Shown: in pieces, positions 49,251 through 62,332 of the stretch | Position numbering within the stretch: the stretch's first letter is position 1 | How the letters are laid out: each line of letters starts with the position of its first letter | Notes under the pieces: model-generated | The model's database searches: none | What the model saw: only the letters and a program-made list of their open reading frames with translations | What the model was told of the DNA's origin: nothing | From: Haplodiscus bocki | Lineage: Eukaryota | Direction: 5' to 3' | Assembly (NCBI GenBank): GCA_965655095.1 | Contig: OZ296651.1 | Span: forward strand, 52,204,001-52,268,000 | DNA: 64,000 bases | Made by a program: the position numbers and the translations under genes

Positions 49251-51559
49251 GTATTCAGATAGGAATATCTACATCTGGATACCTTTTGGGTGGTTGTTTT
49301 CATTTTCGCGTTGTGAATAGTGCTAAGTTTGTCAACCTGTGGCTTAAAAAAACAAAAGCCTCCTAAAAAGTCATGTTTGGCATTTCAATGTCTTCAAAAC
49401 GAACAGTGTCGGTGGTATGGTAGATGACCCAAACAACGATTCATGTTTGAATTTTGAGCTCTAAGAATGCGAATATTAGTAAGCAAGTCGTCGAAATGCT
49501 TTTGATTTTTTTTTGCCGCGCTTATCAATCATCTGAACTGTTGACACTCATTTCAAACACAGAGTTAAAATTGTGTCATTTCGGTCGAATAAGTCTAGCC
49601 ATGAAACTAAATGGTCAAATCAAACTTTCAACAGATTTGGAAATGTCAGTTCTGATGATTGACAAGCAAAACAGGATGACTTGGAATTTTCGCCGCCTTG
49701 TTTACCAGCAAAGCTACTATGAGAACTTCGAATATAAAACATGAATTGTTTTTTGGGGCACCTTTTACTGTTCTTTTCCGCGTTGTTTACTCTTCAAATC
49801 TTAAAACAATGGGCTGCAAAATGACGAAAACTAAAGAGACATTATTGACAGATTAAAGTAACAGGTACTTGCCTCAAGTCGGCTTTTTTGAGCAAATTCT
49901 CGATTGACAGCCGGTGTGCAAGAAATCTGTTTTTCTTGCGTTTTGTGTAAAGTTATTTTCTTCGGGTTTGCTGCGATATCCATCCAAAGTGTTGTCCGTA
50001 ACTCATGATTAGGTTTTAAGCATTGACCGTGGATCAAACATTGAACGTTCCAGAGTTAATAACCGGGTATCTATGAAGATTTTATCATTGTACAGCATTT
50101 TAAACCACGAAAAAGTGCTGGATTTTATTAGTTTTGCTGTTACAATTACGTCGAAGATGCATTGATAATTATCAGCGGGAAGCCGATTTTATCTGAAGAA
50201 CGTTCGCGAAGAGCAATTTTGCCTCAGTGTGCACTTATGGTAGGCGAGTGTTTTGCAACTTACGCTACTGCATAATTCTATGGTATTCCGGCAATGTTGC
50301 TGTAGAACATACTCGTTAGAACTGTTCTTAATAACTAGTAGCCGAATTGCTTCCATCCTCGGCTGGTCCACTTAATCCATCTTTCGCGTTTTGGTTGTCT
50401 AGGCTTGAAGATTTTCATTGGTTTTTTCCGTGAAGAGTTATAACTTTTCATTAGTAAATCAAAGGCCCTCAAAATTCTTTTCAATAAAATTGCTCTTCTC
50501 AAAGACTAGTTGTCAGAATGGCTCCATCCAACGCCGGCCGCGAGTTTTTTGACACAGCCTGAAAGCTTATTTTGATGTTTCATTAGCAAAATTGTCTTCT
50601 CTCGTTGGTAAATCGAACCTCTTTTTATTTCGTTACTTAAAGCTGTTTTTCTAATTTTTTTTTGTATGGTGTTGGGTGTTGATATAGCGCTAATTCAGCT
50701 ATTTGGAGTCGACAGATTCTACTTAGTAGCTTTTATGGTTTATGTTGTAGTTTTTGGAAAATTTGTTATTTAAAAATGAAGATGTTTTCATTTCCGTTGT
50801 TAATTTCAGTCCGTCAATGGCTATTGGGAAGATGGCTTCCATCAGGTGCTGATTCAACTACCTCGAGCTTAGAGTTTTTTTTCTTTAGCCTTTTCTCATT
50901 TTTCATTTCATGAATTTTGACTGGTAATTGGAAAATCGAATATGCTTTTACTGTGTCGTTCTTTGATTTCGGTTTTCTCTATCCCTAATATTCATTTTTT
51001 GAATATATTCCTTCACTCAGTGCCCGGAGATTGTTGAATGGAGTCGAATGCAGTAGCAGCATCGTGTGACTGTGTTGACGTCTAATTTTTTCCTAATCGA
51101 TGGTTTAAAGGAAAATTGTGTGACACTGCAGCAGAGATTGGTAATCGTAATCAGTTTTCCTGTTGTCATCCAAATTATTCTCGGTCGCAATTTTTGGTCA
51201 AACGCGGATGTCTCTTTGTTCAGGTGTCAGTAAAATCGAATTGTTTGCTTCCCTACATTCTCCGGTCAGTCCTTATCCGTCGTAGCCTCGCTACTCTGCG
51301 CATAACAGATGTTGGTTCGATCAATATCCTTGACTCGACCAATGTCGCAGAATTGAAAAGGTCTAACTAGGAAGAGTTTTATTTTCTTACTGGTTGTTTT
51401 TTGTCGGCGCTTCAGTAAGAAGTAGTGCTCATATTTACACATTCATTGAGACGTTTTTGTGAGATGGTCTTATCACTTCGAACCGAACCGTTCTTTTCCG
51501 GTAATCATCGGTATTGTTTTTATTGCGTGCCCCGTTTTCTCGGGAAAGACCAAATCCTG

Positions 51560-51890
51560 CAAAACACCAATGGGTATTTCCTACGAAGTTTCCGGTACTG
51601 CGAGACTGAGTTTTCTGAACAAAATAATGATACGCCTTCTGGTTTAATAAAAATTTCCAAAAACCAAGTTATTTTTAAGCACGGAAAGGTCACGCCATAT
51701 GACGTTTTTCGGCACTGAGACAATAATACTGGATAAAAATTGAATGGTTTCTACTTACCAATTTTTTTCTAAGATTAACCTGAATACCTTTTTTGTGCGG
51801 ACACGATTTTTGAAACACCAGAACCAAAAAAAAACCAAAAAATTGGTCGGCTTGAAAATTAGGCACTGTCCTTTGTTTGTTCGCCCCTTT
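51560..51890 (+). repeat. Diverged copy of the ~120-bp array family
   Basis: aaaacaccaatgggtatttcctacgaagtttccggtactgcgagac and ...tttttcggcactgagac match the 4793-5625 unit. Confidence 0.65.
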
Positions 51891-52399
51891 TATCAACTCA
51901 CAGCGGTAGACGAGTGCCGGTACACTTCTATCGGTATGCTGATTTTAATGGACAAAAATACGACTGAAAGCATGAGGGCTTCCTCTGTTAAGTGCGTTGA
52001 CGCTTTCGCGCGGCGCCGACTCTGGCTCCTGTTGATCTGGAAAGACGCCAGATTAGTATGCTCAGTCCGCGTTTTTTGTTGTTGTTGCGCTTACAACTCA
52101 CATGGGATTGATAGTTTGATGATTGCCGCGTACTTCTTCTTTGAGCTCGTCTCTGGTGGCTGGATTTTTTCCCGATAGGGTTGCATGAGTTGCTTCTTTT
52201 ATCCTGTACAAATCCATAACAGAGCCAAAATTGGAAGAGGCCTTTAGGGTGCTTCTTTCTGTAGCCGATGTTTTTGTGGTATAAATCTCTTTCCCCACCA
52301 TATATGCACTCTCCTGCTCAGATACAATCGTTAATGTAAAAAATTTATCATTCTTTTGCTGGATTAGAGGTTTTTACTGCTGGAAATACGTTGACTTGT

Positions 52400-53300
52400 A
52401 ATTCGAATTTTGAGAATTTTTCATTGACGTCTTCGTTCAATTACGCTCTTCTCAAAGTGCAACATTTTGGTTTGAAGCCATCCAGTGCTCATTCATCAAA
52501 CTGCCGACTGGAAAAGTCCACTATGTAGTGGATGGCCTGTTTTACTGTTGATTGGTTGAAAAACCGGTCTTCACTGTGCTTTTTTTCGCCTAACTCCCAA
52601 AAACGACTTTGATTTTTGTCGAAAAGTCACGTATTCGAGAAAATGAAGAGATTGTTTCTTCCTCAGTCCTAAATAAGAGTTTTGGGTCCTGCAAACATAT
52701 TTCATTTTCGCAAGTTTTGGGGTGCTTGTTGCCAAAAATATCCGTTTCTGTAAATTGAATTCTGAAGTTTTCAGTACGCTCCTTTTTGAAAAGTGTTTTT
52801 TTACAGTCCATATGTTGGATAGGCGCCCTTGTTTGATAACACTTCAACATGCCACGTGGAAAAATTGGAAGGGAAATGTATAGTCTGTGCCACTGTTCTT
52901 GCGCTTTGAAGTCGCTTTCCAAGGTACTTTCTTGTTGACCAAACTCCCGGAAAAGTCTTTTTTTTTGCAGTGAAATTTTCCGGAATTCCTACTTGGTAAT
53001 AAGTTTTGGTGAGTCTGAAATGATTTTCTTCTGAAACTTTTGGTTGTGTGGAGACTTCTGGGCGCCAGGGGTTCCCTACATACAGTTTTTCTGGTAGATA
53101 TTTCGACCTATTGTGAGTTCAAAATTTTCCTCTTGCGCCCTCTTTCGAAAATGTTCTCCTCTAAATCTGTATGCCGGATTGGGAGCATCTGTTCCACATT
53201 TCGGAGCGCCTGCAATAGGGAGGTTCTGTTTATCGCAAGCATTGGCGTGTTTCTGTCTTTCCACTGGATGTATTCGGACTTTTAATTGAAAACCAATTTT
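52400..53300 (-). mobile_element. Degenerate retroelement copy homologous to 36900-38500
   Basis: Colinear nucleotide matches as listed for 36900-38500; the 52590-52922 ORF remnant contains LPIFPRG. Confidence 0.55.
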
Positions 53301-55833
53301 GTTTTTACTTGCCTCCTTTTTCGAGAAATTTTTCTTGAGCTCAAATAGATCTACAAGCTGAAGTACTGGCCGATTGATGAATGTACTGAATATTGAAGGT
53401 GGTTACTCTATATTTTTCCCTCGAATTGTTTGTTTTTGTTTTTCGAAATTCACGGAAATTTCAAAAAGTCCTCTTTGGAAGTGTTCGCCACTTCTTTAGT
53501 TGTTTTTTAATGAAAAGCCCTTATTATTGGATAACCTGGCATTTTTAGAGAAAACGTTTCACGGTGAAGTCTGTATAACTGTGTCACAGTTGGTTTTTTC
53601 TGGGAAAGCTTGCAAAATTGTTTCTAATACTACTCCCTGATGTTCTCAGAAATGCTTGCTTTTTTCCGCTAGTTTTTAATATTGATGTTTCCAATTACCA
53701 ACTAACTGCATTCTCTTGGATTACTAGCTTTGAGCAGCTCCGCTTCGACTCTGTGTTGCTTTCGACTAGCGAGTAATATAGAATGGGATCGTCAACCACT
53801 TCTGTTCTTCCTAAAATTCTTATCGGGTGTTCACAAGTAGTTTAGTGAAATTTTGGCGGGAAATTCACGCCGACTTCTTGTCAAGCATTCCTTACGAGCG
53901 GACGATTGAAAAGTAAATAAACCAGTAGGCAGTGAACTGTTACACAACCTACTTGTTTAACTTGATATTTGTGTAGAATAATTGCTGATGTATGGCTGTA
54001 AACTCCATTCCTGATTGTTTTTTTTCTCTGACAATTATTCTTTGAACTGCAATCATCCACTGTTTTTTCGAAACCGGGCAATATCGATAACTTTTGCTGA
54101 TCGGGTGTTGTGTTAGTTCGTACTTCCCAACTCGAATTTCTTTTGAGTTGTATTTTGTTTTTCGAATTATTTTTATACCTTTGAGTTGTATTTTGTATTC
54201 CGAATTCTTTTTACCTACGTTGGTGTTTCAAAATTGTTTTGTTCGAAGACTACCGGTTGGGTTGCAACCATACATTACTCAATCAGAAGCCTGTTTCTCG
54301 GAGATTTTGTGAAGAAACGGAAAAAACTATTTTCAAGCTTTTCATACCCACCGTTATTTGTTATTCGATTTTTTCAGCCATCTGGTTGTTTTCTTCAGAG
54401 GCTTTTGATCGACTTGTGCTCGTTGAAACGCCTGAAATGAGGGAAACTTGTGGAGAAGCAGGTATGAACCGTCTCTTTTACGTTCAACGCTAATAATCTT
54501 CACTAGTAGTTTGGAATTCGAAAACTTTCGATTCTTATTTATTCATGGTTCCAAGGCTACGGGTTAAATCGTCGCACTTCAGTTGTCCCTTGTTTCAAAC
54601 CCTCCACGTGAACATTCTAGGACTTTTCCTTCGAAAGTTGAAAAATATTCATTGGAGTTTTTTCTCAAATTTTCTCTAGTTGGACTTCTAGTTGGATCGC
54701 GGCCATCCAATGCATTTTTCAATTTCGTATTCAGTGCAAACTTTTCTGAAATTTTTGCTCTGCTTATTTTGAATCCTGATAAGTAAGGTCGCTTTCTAGC
54801 TATATTTTCCATTTCGTTTCCAGTCCATCATTTCCTCACGTTTCGCTTTTGGAGAAGTTCACGAGATTCAATTGAGATAATTTCCTCGGTAACCATTTAG
54901 TCGATGCTTTTCCTCACCGTCACAATTGTATGCGAAGCGCATCGCCTCTTTGTGAATTTGTAATGTCGTTTCGCTTCAAATCATATTGAAATATAGATTA
55001 TCTGGAAATGGGCAATCAAGATCAGTAGATATCCCAACTGTTTCTCGGAAAAGCCTCTAAGATTGAGCAAGAACGTATTTTGTTTTTAAGTCTCTGAAAA
55101 ATAAGTCCTTGGGTCCTCAGAAAATCGACCCATTCTTGGGGTATTGAAAAGCATTCAAAAGCGCGCTTTATGCAGAATCTGCAGAGTAGCAAGGATGTCG
55201 TGTTTTGTAATTTTTTCTCAAAATGACTTGTAGTTCCAGCTTCAAACTTTTTTGCATGTCTTCTTGAAATGTTTTGTTTGGTTGGTTTTGTGTTCATCCA
55301 ATGCATAACGTGAATATTAGTCAGTAGGATTGCTTCTGAAGAGCTTTATTTTCCATTTTTTCCTTTAGTGGAAATGTTTTTCTGTAATGTCGTCTATTAG
55401 TAAGAGTTCGCGAGAATCAAGAGAGCAGCTTCCGTCGATGGACAATTAATCGATGACGTTCCTCACCTTCGTCGCAAGTGTATGCGAGGCACAGCTTCTC
55501 GTCTGTGAAAAAAATCCTATTCCTTGTGTATTGAAAAATGGTCCTATTGCCAATCGAGACTCGTGGAGTTTCATCGTATCATCATTATTTTCTAATCACT
55601 ATTTTAAGTTACAAGTGTTTGTAACTTCCTATGTCTCCCCTAAGTGTTTGCGGCGGCCGTTTCTTTAAGAATCTAATCATATTAGAAACCAATAATTGCA
55701 AAAACAACGTTACTTCGAAATATCAATTTGCTATCAAAATTCAGGAATTCTGGGAGTCCTATAATCTAAATATTTAATAGTCATACTATTTGCTATATAA
55801 AAACATCGGAGTAGTGAAATGTTAATATAATTT

Positions 55834-56304
55834 TTAAGCAGAATAGTCGTAGAGAGAGTTTGTGTTGGTGATGGTACTTTGGCTGTTTTGCACGGAATTG
55901 CAGTAGTCTGGGTCTACTGAAATGACGAGACTTTCAAACTCGGTCCCGTTGGCTGGCGATAAAAGAGATGATGATAATTTCTGTTGTCTCGACAGATGAG
56001 ACTCAACCTCAATGCTCACTTCCGGGTTGCCTATGGTCTCACTGTACATAGACTGAGTTGTGAACGAGTCGCAAGCTTTGAAAATGGCAGGGAGTGGTCC
56101 CTGGTCAGGGGAGGTGTCCTCAATTGGAGGGGAGGGCCTCGCCTCTGTTGAATGCTCTATTTTCCAAGAGGGTAGACAGATTTTGAGGGAATGTCGACCA
56201 CTCCTGAAATGCGTGGGGCTGGAATTGCTGTCATCGAACTGAAGTTGCAAGTTGTGATCTGATGTGAAGGGGATCTCCGCTGTCAACGAGCATGTCTCTC
56301 GGCA
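55834..56304 (-). CDS. Single-pass membrane protein (FNDC4/5- or DUF4808-like), terminal exon, Ser/Pro-rich cytoplasmic tail
   Basis: Minus-strand acceptor gtttttcag| at 56305, phase 0 (CRETCSLTAEIPF...). Raised GC and open to the TAA at 55834; phase-compatible with the donor at 61958. Confidence 0.75.
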   Translation of the reverse strand, partial: CRETCSLTAEIPFTSDHNLQLQFDDSNSSPTHFRSGRHSLKICLPSWKIEHSTEARPSPPIEDTSPDQGPLPAIFKACDSFTTQSMYSETIGNPEVSIEVESHLSRQQKLSSSLLSPANGTEFESLVISVDPDYCNSVQNSQSTITNTNSLYDYSA

Positions 56305-58450
56305 CTGAAAAACACGGAGTGACTTCTACAAGGTCTACCTGAAGATGCTTTTCATTATTTTCCGACGCAAGAATTGTGTAATAAACTCGAATAAAAGAAT
56401 TACAGGGAGAATTTATTCAACAGCTTTGAATATACGAACAGGCTAATGGTCGGCTTCTGATTTATGGGATACCAGGTTGGCTAAAGATGCGAGATGATAT
56501 CATCGCTCAGAAAGATATGTTAATTCTGTTGTAAAAAAATCCGATGAAACCTTGGTACCCTGAGGAAATGCTAGGGTCTGCGAGAGCATTGATGTCTTGA
56601 TAGTTCCACTGACAGATTTCTTGAAATAGGAATTCTTGAATGAATTAATTCGGTGCTCTAATCCATTATTTCGGAAAATTGATCCTTTGGTTTGTCTAAG
56701 TAACGCTTAGTGTGTTGAAAAACATGAATTTACTCCCGTAGTTATTGATAGCTGGTACTTCCATGATTAAACCCGAAGTTAAAACAAGGAAAAGACCTGA
56801 ATGAAGTTACTACCGTTTCCTTATTTAAGCTACGCGACGATATTTGTAATGAAAAATTTTCTGCCTCGTGACATCTTGGCTGTTATTTAGGGAATATTGT
56901 TAGCTTGGACACCTTCTTTTAAAAAAAAGCAAATTTGAGGTCCAGTGCAATTGATGAAGAAGTCTTTGTGCTACATGAAAAGGTTCGACTGAGAAAATCA
57001 TTGTAAATTTTTGTTAGTTAAAAGAGACGTTGAACAAGTTTTCAAAAACTGGCAGATTTGAGCATCAACTTCATCGGCTGCGTTTTTTATGGCCAAATCA
57101 GAGTTGAACAGAAAAAGACAAATTTAAATGTCAAATGCTTTTTTACACGTCAAATGTTTAGTCAGTTTTTGCTCTTATGGAAAATCAAGTATACAAGTAC
57201 CGATATGTTGCAATGATATTAATCAGCACCTGGGGTGCATTGGAGACATTTAACGCGAACAGAAACTCGGCATTTTTTGCTTGGAGTAAAAGCTGTAACT
57301 AGTAGTAATTTTCCTAGTTTTAAGTCGGCGCTTTTGAGCAAAAAGAGCCCGACTGTTGTGGGTTTTGTTTTCTTCCATCGCGTATACGGCGAACTGTTCG
57401 GATTTCTATTTCAAGTTTTCATCAATTTCAATGACTAAAAGTCTCGCTCCAAAAGGTGCAACCACACTCCTATTTTCCGTGTTTTCTTTCCTAGCCATGT
57501 GATACCCTCGTTCCATTCATCAAAAAAGTTTATCAAAAAAGCTTATGTCAAAAATTTTGAACTAATAGTTTTATCAGGCAGTATATATTGTATTGAAGTG
57601 TCCCGTTTTCGTAAGGTTTCGTCTTGCATTAAGCTTATTACGTACAGTGCTTATTTTTGGGTTCTTGAGAAAAATTTTAGGCAGCAGTGATATGCTTCTT
57701 TTTCCTCTGTGGAGACGAATAATTGGAAGTTTCTCATTCCATTTTCAGGGTAAAAATGAAGGAAAAAATTTTTGGAGACGAGTATCTTTAAAAACTACCT
57801 ATTCATTTGGCCGTAGAAACGATATAGAAGGACATTTCACGATTGATGTTCTGTTTTGGCGCATTCTCAGACTTTTTTCGATTTTCAGCCAATTTTCCTC
57901 AGTAACTGTACTTTCCATTTAGCTCATGGAGCCCTTAGTGGGCTGCTAAAATATCATATTTTTTTTTATTTTCGCTACGGATGGTTATCTGAAGCTTTTT
58001 AAAAATCAAGATTGACAGCAACTAAAATGACACGTGTCACTGCGGAATCTTGGGAGACAGCTGTGTTGGGCTGAGATCTAAAATTAATTGAATATCAATT
58101 TTAATTGGGCTTAACTGAATTGTCAATCTTTCCCATTGCGACATTATTGCAAAAGTGGAAAAGTTGCACTTCGACTGTTAATTTTTCCTCTACTTTTGAA
58201 ATACTTTTGGCATTTGCTGCTCCAAAAATTAGGAAAAAACCAATTTGTGACGCCAAAATTGTTTTTCTGGAAACTTAAGATCTAGCTGAAAATTCGCATT
58301 TGAATTTTTGGAAGCGCTAAGAGTTGGAGGAATTCATTCAACTTGTTTGCCAGCTTAGAACTGACGAACTGCACCGATAATTTTCTACTTTGGGCAATTT
58401 AAAACGACTCATTCACAAATCATTTCAAATCATTTTTCACGCGTATATGA

Positions 58451-58960
58451 AACAAGACGGCCGGCTACCACCGGTTATTCCGGCCTCCAATTTTGTTAAC
58501 GATGCCTTTTAAAAGGCCGAAAACGTTCTTTTGCAGAATACTCTTCATCGTATTTTCTCCAAATTTGAAATTTTGATTTTTGACGTAAAAAAGCTCACAA
58601 TCACGGTGTGAAAAAGGCATTTAAGAAATAATATCAATTGGTACGCATTCTACAGCTAATTAGCCACCATTAGCGATTTTCAAAAATTTCTATTTTTTCC
58701 GAAAAACTCTATGTATTTTTTCAAAAAACCCAAATTTTGAACGTTTTTGAAATCGTACGATTTTAGTCGCATTCTATTGCAAATTTGCTACACTTTAATG
58801 AAAAAAAGCTTGCACGGTCAGAAAGGGTCCGATTAATTCGAATCGAATAGCGGACATTATCAGAAAGCAAACATCGCGTAAAAAAACCGTTCGCGTTGTG
58901 TGAATGATTTTCCTCTCATATTATAAATTTAGCGGAAAATAATAATAAGGCAGTGCCCAT
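58451..58960 (-). mobile_element. Non-autonomous Helitron/Helentron-like dispersed repeat, copy C (intronic)
   Basis: aacaagacggccggctaccaccggt at 58451-58475 is the reverse complement of the hairpin+CTTGT terminus at 5758-5781; the body is homologous to 1935-2456. Confidence 0.6.
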
Positions 58961-59499
58961 TGAAAGAAGAGCTTTCAATCGTAATCCTGTATATATAATG
59001 AGCATAATGGGATTTAGGCAACGTGGCTTCAAGTTTCACTCGTATTCTACCAACTGTAAATTGACTGAAACGCAACTGTAAATTTTGGTAGTTGCAAACA
59101 CACATGGGTGCAAATTCTAATCGTTAATATCCATTTGCCAATTACAGTTGAAGACGCATCAAGGTTAGATCAAACAAACAGCCGAATGCAAGGCGAATGC
59201 TCTGATTAATTTAGGATTATTTTTGTTCATTTTAGAAGAAAAATATGTTGGCAGCTCAGAATGTCGTCACCCATTTGACGGATTTTCCTGATTTCGCAGA
59301 AATATCACGAAGAGACTTTTCCGACATATATATTTATACTGAACTTTGCTCACAGTTTAGTACGTTTCCCCTGGGTTAATAGCGAGAAACTTAAATCAAG
59401 ATAATTCAGGTTATTTTGAAGAGACCAGATTTTTCCCAAGCACCAAGATTTTCAAACCACTAAATTGGTCCATGGACACAACAAGTGCAATTTATCGAT

Positions 59500-59940
59500 G
59501 TTCAGATTTAGCTGCGGTTGAAAATCTTTTCGACAGGTTTTTAGTGTAAGAATTTTTAAAAGCGATCTAATTTTGGCTACATCGAAGATAGTTTGTTAAA
59601 TTTGTTTGCTATAGCTTGTGATGTAGGTCTGCAAATCAAGTTAGTTTTATGTAGGAATGCCCAGGAGAGTACATTTTTTCAACTATCTACTTTTTGTTAT
59701 GGATCTCTTTTTTTGATTTTGCGAAATACCCTTGAAAGTCGGGTTAGTTTGTTCTATTTCCCATCAAGCCGGTTTTCTACTCCGCCAAATTTTGTGTTGG
59801 CATAACAAGTTGAATCCGATCAGCCAACTCACACAAATTAATTGGGGTTGAAAAACTTTTCGATCGGTTTTTAGCGACGGAAATTTGGAAATCTAGATAA
59901 CTTTGGCTATTTCAAAGACACTTTGTCAAATTTTGGTCAA
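59500..59940. repeat. Diverged direct duplication, ~330-bp spacing
   Basis: ggttgaaaatcttttcgacaggtttttag...ttttggctac.tcgaagata (59516-) vs ggttgaaaaacttttcgatcggtttttag...ctttggctat.tcaaagaca (59846-). Confidence 0.6.
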
Positions 59941-61071
59941 GTATCCTGGAACTTATTAGTTCTCGCAATCAGCCATTTATAACTTTTGCATAACCGTCGA
60001 CGGTGGGTCAGAAATGGCTCAAAAATGAAATTGTTGCAATCGTCAAGAAAAACTTAGGCACCCTAGGGTAAGAGGAGGCTCGCTCTTAGCTCAGTAAGTA
60101 CATTTTTACACAAAAACTGGCTTCCTCAAAACTGATTTCGTGTCCAGAAGAACATTTTGAGGAATTTTTTTTGAAAACATTTAAGAATTCAGAAGTTTTT
60201 TAACTTTGAGCAATAAATTTTCGGCTGGTGTTATCAAAACTGGATTCTGCATTTCCATAGGAACATTTAGGGGAAAAATCATGAAATCGTTTGTTTTTTC
60301 GGACTTTGAGCAAAAAATGTCCAGCTGATTTGACAAAAGCGCATTCTACGTGAGCAGAGGAACTTCTTAGGGTTAACATTTTTTGTGAAAAGTGTTCACT
60401 TCCATGCGGAATAGGCAAACGATCGGAAAAGTTGACATATTGAGTTGATGATTTCTTCTTTCGTAATTTACTTGAAAGTAACTAGGAGACTCTAATTTAC
60501 CAACCTCAAAATTTGCTTCGATTTTCGTGGCCCGCCAGGTACTATTGTGTAAAAACTTTATCATCCACAACTGTTGTTTGTATTTCTACAATCAATGTCT
60601 CCATCAACAGTTTTCAGAATGTAGAACGTTACTCGATGACTATATTGTGGGTTTCCTTGCATTGGAAACCGGATGATTCCAAAAGTACTATTTGTAGCGG
60701 CTTTTCTCGATTGTCAGAACCATTTTACTCCAAAACTGTCGTCTAGATTTTTTTCCAAAGTTTCCATCGACAGTAGCAATAATTTCAGAAGTATACCGAC
60801 TTTTTTACTTCAATTGCTTTGATATTTGAGCGCCGCTGGGGTATTATTTTCAGAACTATCAAAAATTTTTGAAGGAACGAATTATGCAAGTGAAAATAGC
60901 GTGAATGAAATAGCTAAATAAAATAAACTCATCGATTGTTTCGGCAATGGCTATGATGATCATGCAGAATGAAAAAAGGCGAGTGAGCTCATCAAGTTGT
61001 CCGCTATATTCTTCATCGAGCGTGATAAGTGACTCCGAAGCCGAAAAACAGATCTTTAAAGTGTCTTGGAC

Positions 61072-61451
61072 GGTATCAGGACATTTCATTCCATGTAATT
61101 TCAACCCATACACTTTCAACCATACAATTTGGACCTACGGCAATTTCAACCCATTACAATTTCAACCCCTTGCAACCTAACTCCATTTTATGTTTTGCAA
61201 AGCTTTACGTAATTTACGGCAACGCTTGCCAACTATGATAATTCAAGCTTAGAAGTTAATTAGCAGATTTAAATTAGTGGTGCTAGCATTAATTAATTAA
61301 CACTATACTTCGTTTAATTTGAACTGAATCATATCGAGGAAGCCCTTCATGTTGACACTGGCTGTTGAAAGAGCAAAGGCAAAAGCGTACGCTTGATAGA
61401 GGATGAAATTGCAAGGGGTTGAAATTGTCCGGGATTAAATGATTTGTAACC
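61072..61451. mobile_element. Mutator-like MITE (GG termini, 9-bp TSD)
   Basis: TSD gtcttggac at 61063-61071 and 61452-61460. Ends GGtatcaggacattt / reverse complement GGttacaaatcattt. Subterminal aatttcaaccc repeats on the left and gggttgaaattg on the right. Confidence 0.88.
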
Positions 61452-61958
61452 GTCTTGGACAGATTGAAAATTTAATCTGCCGATCTGGCACAAGCGGTTA
61501 GTAGTTACCCTAATTCAACGTCGACCTTTTACTTGGAGACATTTAGGATCTTATCAATCGATTTCAATTGTGACGTCCATCGAGTTTTCACCTTGTAGAG
61601 GGACCTGTCAATCAGATGCTAGAAGCTGTCAGGCTAAATTGGCAATAAAGGAATCCCATCCAACTGAAGGGAATGTTGGTTTCCTTGGAGCACTCTGCTA
61701 TACAGTAGAACCCAAACCCAATCAGGTTTAAAGCAATTTTTGGAGCGAAATTCAGCGCTCATTTGAATTTCTATTATATTTTGGCGTCACTTAAACGACC
61801 CTGATTACAGTTTTCAACTTAAAAACGATACAACAGGTTTTTATTTTTTTGATGTAAAAGAGGGGTTGCGTTAAATAAAAATTAGTTTTAAATCCTTCAA
61901 TCACGTTCAGTCCTTACTTGTTGCCTTGGAAGTGTTAAGAAATGGAAATTTGAATAAC

Positions 61959-62332
61959 CTTGCTCTTGACACTTGCAGGTTTCTTGTTGCTACCCACGCC
62001 ACTTGGGACGCCGCCATTCATACCCACTGACTGTTTCAGCGATGACGTAGCGGTCGCTGATGACGTCAGTGCGTTTGTTGCAAGTGTGCTTGTGGCTGTA
62101 GTAGCGGCCCCTCCACCCCCTGTGGTCGGGGGGATGACCGATTTATAGGAACTCTGTCGCTGGCCTGTAGTCCGTAGAAACCGCGACCGTTTAATAAACA
62201 TGCCAATTGTGTAGAACCATAATAGCAGCAGAATTAGAACGATGACTCCACTCTGAATGCGTTTGCCGATGTTCGCTTTATTCTCTCCCGTGTCGTACAT
62301 GAAAAGAAAGTCGTCTTGCCCCTTGTAATCAT
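61959..62332 (-). CDS. Single-pass membrane protein (FNDC4/5- or DUF4808-like), transmembrane exon
   Basis: Acceptor ttcaacag| at 62333 (phase 1) and donor AAG|GTTATT at 61958 (phase 0). Encodes GVIVLILLLLWFYTIGMFIKR, similar to FNDC5 VLIIVVVLFMWAGVIALFCRQ. Upstream exons were not located. Confidence 0.75.
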
